Positions 27,501 to 64,000 of a stretch of 64,000 bases of DNA are shown here, in pieces. The stretch comes from Chrysomallon squamiferum (Eukaryota > Animalia > Mollusca). The position numbers and the translations under genes are program-made. How positions within the stretch are numbered: position 1 is the stretch's first letter; every line of letters begins with the position of its first letter. The DNA lies in NCBI GenBank assembly GCA_012295275.1, contig CM022665.1, positions 30,194,001 to 30,258,000 of the forward strand, given 5' to 3'. A model generated the notes under the pieces. That model made no database searches and was not told the DNA's origin. It worked only from the letters and a program-made list of their open reading frames with translations.

Positions 27501-28181
27501 GATTATTACTTTCTTGTACATGCAGTTCATTTTAAATGACAGTGAATATTTTTTTTTATCTCAATATTATTTATTTATTTGTGTTATATTTTTCATTTTC
27601 TGAATTGGAATCAAATTTAGTCTACATAATAATGAACTGTTTTTACAAAAAGTAATTTTCTTTACTATCAAATTAGTGTAAGTAATGTTAACTTGTTGAA
27701 ATCTGCATTTTCAGTTTAAAATATTAAAGACCACTTTGAAAGGTAATAGAATGTTATAAATAATAATAAGAAAAAAGTGAAATACTTTGAATTCAACAAG
27801 AAACAGTTTGTATTAGTTTTAAATAATATGAACACATTATGACTAGGTTGTAGCTGTTGAAAATATTTTGACAAAGTCTACCATAGCATATCTAAAAAAA
27901 AAAAAAAAAAAAAATTACAATAATAATTATTATAAAATAATAATTTAAAACAAAAATTATAGATTACAAATAAATAAATAAATAAATAAATAGTATTTCA
28001 GTAAGCTTCCGATAGTAATTTAACATCAAATTTTTGTTTATACATATTACGAAGCAAATGAGTATAACAATAAATAACTATAATAATTTTAATTATTTCA
28101 AAATATTAAATCAAATTAAAATATTTATTTCTGTCTCACTCTCATTTGACAATGGACACATTCATGCAACAGGCAGAATAT

Positions 28182-28219
<38 letters not shown>

Positions 28220-28454
28220 TTTAAATCTGTACCGTAAATAACAGAAAATAACCTGCATCTGTTAAATTATTTTTTATCTTTCAAACAAATAAACAAAATC
28301 AGTTATGATTTCCGATGGGAAGTTACAGTCGATATCATAAAATATTCGATTAAAATATTTGGGTATTTAGCGAGAAATGTATAACAAATGCATATTATTT
28401 ATTTATTTTGTTTATTTTTTTATTTTTTTTTTTTTTTCAGAGACATTTTTTATA

Positions 28455-28530
28455 ATCTCGTCGATACACGTTGGCGCGAGAATAAAATTAAAGACCATCT
28501 GGTCAATTTATTTTAGGAAATGGCGGAAAC
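28455..28530 (+). promoter_or_regulatory. KNTC1 proximal promoter with E2F-like and YY1-like sites
   Basis: Local CpG cluster in a CpG-depleted window. TTGGCGCGAGAA at 28471-28482; AAATGGCGGAAA at 28518-28529 (YY1 core overlapping an E2F-like GGCGGAAA). Lies about 110-170 nt upstream of the ATG. Confidence 0.55.
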
Positions 28531-28640
28531 TTCAAATAAGACAAGTTGTTATATTAGATATCATGCGTTTCCAGTGATTTCCTTGGTGTGTTTTGATTAA
28601 CTTTTGATTAGACATTAATAATACGTTATAGATCAGCCAA

Positions 28641-58896
<30,256 letters not shown>

Positions 58897-59029
58897 TTGT
58901 TGATTGTTGCCGTGTCCTTTGATGCAAATTAAAATATTTTATTGAAAGACAGTGACCATGTTTGACTAGGACTTTTATTTGTACCTGTCTTCAGATTTAT
59001 ATTTACTTATGTTTTAAAATGTATATTAA

Positions 59030-59035
59030 AATAAA
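59030..59035 (+). terminator. Candidate KNTC1 polyadenylation signal AATAAA
   Basis: First AATAAA about 135 nt after the stop codon, followed by a GT-rich tract near 59062-59092. AATAAA is common in AT-rich DNA. Confidence 0.4.
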
Positions 59036-60557
59036 TAACCCAATGTTAATGCATGCAGAGATGTTGTTGGGATTTTTTTTGTTGGTTTTTTTTCAACAAT
59101 TAAAAAGATTGTCCATTTATTAGCTCATATTATAAATAATATGCCTAATAAATTAAAATAATAATTAATTCCTTTTAGTGTATTACTAAAAATATATATA
59201 TTAAATTATTTTGTATTTTCTGTCACAAAATAGACTGTTACTTAATATATTATTAAGTTTTATTTTAAATGCTTTAATTATTAAGCAGTAATGTTTCTTA
59301 AGGTTTCTCGTTTATATATTATGTAAGTTACAGGATCTGGATAAAATGTAATGTTTCTGATAACAAACAATAAAATGTATAAGAGTTCTCAGTGTGTTGT
59401 TTCTATGTTATTAAAAAATAATAATAATAAAAAAACTCATCAACTAAGATTAAAAGATTGTTTGAAGATAAGAAAAAACTCAGTGGGAAGTCTGTTTTTT
59501 CTCTCATGTTTTTGTTCATTCTTGTCATATTTAAAAAAAATAAAAATGACAACAAAGAAACAAGACATATATATATATATATATAAACCTTCATTTCATT
59601 TTATTTTTGTAGATACATGAAAAATGGAATGTTTCCAGGCTTGCTGCCTTTGGTTTGTTTTCTCAATATGTGAATACATGCACCAGCTGGCCATGAATTA
59701 ATGAAATAAATGTTATACAATAAGCAGTATACCAACAGTGACAATTAAAACAACCTAAATTTTATTTTATTTATAAAAAATTTAAAATACCATCTCCACA
59801 AAACAGGTTTATACAAATGTGCAATGTCATTATAAAGCAGATGAATTAATGTGATCAGCATGGTGTTATTATTCCATCCACTCAAATGAATTTCAAAAAT
59901 TTTAAAATGCTTTTAGCTTAAATTTTAAAAAAAATTATTAAAAGTTAAAATAAAAGTTCTGCCTATCTTGATCAAAATGAACTTTTTATCTGAAAACAAG
60001 CACAAATAACTTGTGGGTAGTATTTGAGCATATTTTTGTTAGCATTTGTTCAATATATCAGGTTATTTGCATATATCACTTAAGTAATTTATTTTGATTA
60101 TGAAGTTCCAAATTAGAAAAAAAAATAAATAAATAAACCAAGTTATATTTCACTGATTCTATAAAATTATATCAGGTTAAAGAATTTGATTCAGTTTATA
60201 AAATACTGTGATTAAGTATATCTGATTCAGTATCATTCATCCCACATCATTCTTTACTGTTCTATTATTCAAGCTCTAGACATCCATTGATTCATTTAGT
60301 TACTGGCACTGAGTTTCAGTTTTATCTTCCATCAGTTTTGCCTTCTACATAACCATTTATTCACTCTTTCACTATTTTACAGTCTCACATTTTCCAGTCA
60401 GTTAACATTTTTTTAACCACACACACATGACACAAACTGTTTTCAGAGTTTTTACTCTCAAAGGTATTAAAGATTCATCTTATTTAATCACTCTAGTTAT
60501 GAAGTTCATTTAAAATGGTTATGTATCAAGAATGGCAGTTATAACAACAATGCCCAA

Positions 60558-60596
<39 letters not shown>

Positions 60597-62119
60597 AATT
60601 ATCTGAAAAAAAAAGAAAATAAAATCTTTCCAGGAAAAAATTCATTTCAGCACCTTTACAGACATGAACCAGTATTTAAAAACTTACAAATTACCTGAAA
60701 TTTTTTTTTTTTAAATTTGTTTAGGATACATTAATTTCAGCACCTTTAGAAAAATATGAACAAAAAAACTGTCACTCATGAACACATACTGACAAAAATG
60801 CTGTCTGACCTGATTTGAGTGAAACACTGGATCAATGTAACATCTGCCACTGTTCAGACCCATTTTGGCTATGATGTAACAAAGAGGTAGTTACAAAGTA
60901 TGGGCTTAGCTTTGTGCTTTATGTTTCAATGAATGGATTGCACACTATTAAAAAAATCTCTTAACTGTACACAAACAACTGTCAAAAACTTAAGAAACCA
61001 CAGTATATTAGTTCTGAAAGTTATTAAATGCTCTTATAAAATATTTATGTTTGAAAAATGGAAGAAGAGGCTTTAACTTAGGTGTAGGCCTGTTGGTCAG
61101 TCCTTAAACTTTATATATAATGATAAATATTTTAAAATATGATTTTACAGATCGTTGTTGATAAATCGGTTACAAACTATCTTAAATTTTTACCATTCAG
61201 TTTGAAAATATCACTGATACTCTTTTTCTATGACTCATTTTATTATTTTTTTTTAAACAAAAATGTATACTTATCTATTTATTTGCCATAGTTAGTTTCT
61301 TAATTAAAAAAAATCTTGATATATTTTTGTTAAAACTGCTAGAAGCCAGGCATTCTGGTAACTGTAATTACATTTAAATTATTTATCCAGTAATTTTCCT
61401 GATGATGCAGTTGACTAATTATTATTACTAATTCATGTCATACTGGATACAGTTGCAGGCCAACTATATGCAGTATCATGCTATTGCAATTTCTGTTTTG
61501 TATTTATTAAATGCATAGAGTCTGTAATTACATGTTACAAATATTGCACATTACTGGTATTTGACAAAACAGATATTTTAGGGGTTTTTTAAAATAGAGA
61601 AAAACTGAACATTATATAACATGTGAATGACTTCACAACAGAAAATTTGGTGTAAACCAAACACAACCAGATATTTGATGAAATATCTTTTTCATCTAAC
61701 ACATTAAAGAAAATCTCACTCTGAGCTTATTTACACAGGCTTTGCCTCTTGAGTAACTGTTCCATCTTCAGTGAGTAATGTATAACATTTCATACTTTTA
61801 TAATGTGTTTTGTATAAAATTTCAATCCACCTTTTTGTAAACAAAAATTACATGTGGAAAGAATACCACACATGTACTTGGTCAGATTTCAAAATTAAAA
61901 ATAAAAATGAAACCTGATAGTATCCATTACATTGTCAACAGTTCCCTTTCATTTTTTGTCCATTTCTGTTGTAATTTTACTTTCCTGACTATAAACATAT
62001 TTAAATAATGTTAAGCTCTCTTCAAAACTATGGATATAGTGCTAAATATTTCTTTAATAATGTACTGAGTATAAAAAATAGAGTTTTCCTAAGTAATAAT
62101 ATATTACTGTATTTATATA

Positions 62120-63307
62120 TTACAATTTTGTTTGGGAAGGAGGAAGAGAACTTTGGGTTAGTTTCTCATGAATCATGTTTGTCACTTTGTCAGACATGTC
62201 TAGCACTTTGTTTGACAGGCTGTTAGCAAACTGGGTTAGTATTGGCTCAAACATCTCCATTGCTCTGGCCACAACCTTGTCATCATCCAAATGAGAGGTA
62301 TTTGATGCTGTAGTGGATGCAGATGACATGCTGGAGAAAGCTTCATGTGTGCTGTGGAATGCTTTTTCTAACATCTTCGCCATGTCTTCCGAGTTTTCCT
62401 CACATACCTAAAACAAGACAACAACAAAACATAAATTTTGCTTATACATCAGAATGGGTTCAGATGTTAGTGATGTTTTAATATCAGTTCTCTTCTGACT
62501 GACAAACTCGAGGTTCAACCTAATTTCATGTCAATGAAGAGTTCATTTTGCTGTGCTCAATTTTTAACTTATTTATTATGTGACTTTTTAAATGAAAATT
62601 TATATTCTTCTATTTTCCTTTCTTTTTAACCCACAAATAATGATTTATATGAATTAACCATCACAATGGATTTAGGACAGCATATGTCTTTAAAAATAAA
62701 ATCAAAAATCAAAAAATAAATCTTTGAAATATTACCAGAATGGATTTAGGACAGCAGAAATCTTTCTTTGTTGAAAACCCCCAAAAAAACATTTTTTTAG
62801 TGTAGAAAGTATAAAAGGTTGTACCTTTTTGTAGAGAGCTCTCGACCGTAGGACAATCTCATCCAAATCATCAACAAGAACATTGCAAGACTGGAGATTG
62901 TCTGAAAATAATAAATACACATTAAACTTAGATACTGACTTCTTAATGGAGATTTAGGAACTAATACTATAAAAAACTAATACCATCAAGTTGATCCAAT
63001 AAATTTGTTTTTAAATGATTTAAAATAGCTTTTGTAAATTAACAGTTCCCAAATAGATCTTTTCTATTAATAAAACAAAAGAATATAAATTACTCAAAAT
63101 AACTACATTTGTATTAGAAAACATTATTTTAATGGTGTATATTTATAATAAGTGTGTTAGGTTTAATGATTTGGACTGCTTCATTTGTGGCTAATACCAT
63201 TAGGCCTGGCTTTTTAATTATCACATTAACTTTCACATAGAATTTATTTTCTTGAATTTCTTTCTTTTGTGGGTTTTAATTTAAACAAAACAAAGAATAA
63301 ATAAATA

Positions 63308-63389
<82 letters not shown>

Positions 63390-64000
63390 AAATGTAATCA
63401 TTATTCTAACCTGTTTGGCTTAGAGGTAATGAAAGACTGGAGCGATCAGCAACGCTGGATGTGACTTTTTCAATTTGTGAACTGAAACAACATAAACTTT
63501 GTAAATGACGATAAAAAGTCCTACCCATGAATAAAATCAAATTCTTCTAAAAAGAATTACAGAAGACAAAATAAAAGGATTTAATATTTATCATTGTGTT
63601 TATCTAGGTACATATATATTTATCTTTAGATTTGGTTTAAAAATTCTTTTTGAAATATTTTAAATACAAAGTAAAGATGAAAATTAAATACATTTTTCAA
63701 AGTTAAAGATTTTAATTTTTTTTATATTTTTTATACCTGTTTTTATCTTGATGGTGTCCATTAACCAGTGACTGTTGGGTGTGATGAGATAAAGTTTTAC
63801 TTGAACGTTTGATTTCAGAGTCTGTGTCAATCTCCGAGCCAAGTCCAGTGTCAGACTGACTCCGAGGACTGTTTTTAACATCACTCAGTCTGTGCGCACT
63901 GGAATTGGGAGAAGCTGTATCAGATTTTGTATTTAACCTGTGAACTGTGGGTGAAGCAGGACTCTCTGTGAGGTCCTCAGCACTTGTGTTTAGAGACATA
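62120..64000 (-). CDS. 3' end of a probable MAPKBP1/WDR62-like WD40 scaffold gene (Ser-rich linker and C-terminal helical region)
   Basis: Phase-consistent minus-strand exons 64000-63737, 63481-63411, 62901-62825, 62407-62120 (stop). Translation DNLQSCNVLVDDLDEIVLRSRALYKKVCEENSEDMAKMLEKAFHSTHEAF...MFEPILTQFANSLSNKV resembles the recalled MAPKBP1 C-terminus (LEQCEQLVAELRGSVRQAVRLYHSV...AQLLRDTF...LLEQYSELL). The gene model is solid; the family call is moderate. Confidence 0.55.
63308..63384. repeat. (AAT)n microsatellite
   Basis: Direct reading. Confidence 0.95.

Overview
AT-rich, intron-dense animal genomic DNA, probably a mollusc (inferred from a recalled SINE resemblance only). Nearly all ORFs in the supplied track are intronic or low-complexity noise; I rebuilt the genes by hand from GT-AG boundaries and phase matching. 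There are three protein-coding genes. (1) 1492-23697 (+): the 3' 19 exons (about 753 aa visible) of an unnamed type-I membrane glycoprotein. Its apparent order is an LPMO-like terminal strand (CRQYISCANIKI), four CHRD-like repeats, a phytocyanin/ENODL-like cupredoxin lacking all four Cu ligands, a TM helix and a short tail. This is the most novel element in the window. (2) 28641-58896 (+): KNTC1/Rod, about 62 exons, with an E2F/YY1-type promoter. It has two single-base frameshifts and one doubled, broken exon, probably assembly errors. (3) 62120-64000 (-): the 3' end of a probable MAPKBP1/WDR62-like gene. Also present: a hAT MITE with an intact 8-bp TSD, a 41-bp minisatellite, several decayed minisatellites, SINE-like relics and many microsatellites. 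All domain calls come from motif recognition, not database searches.
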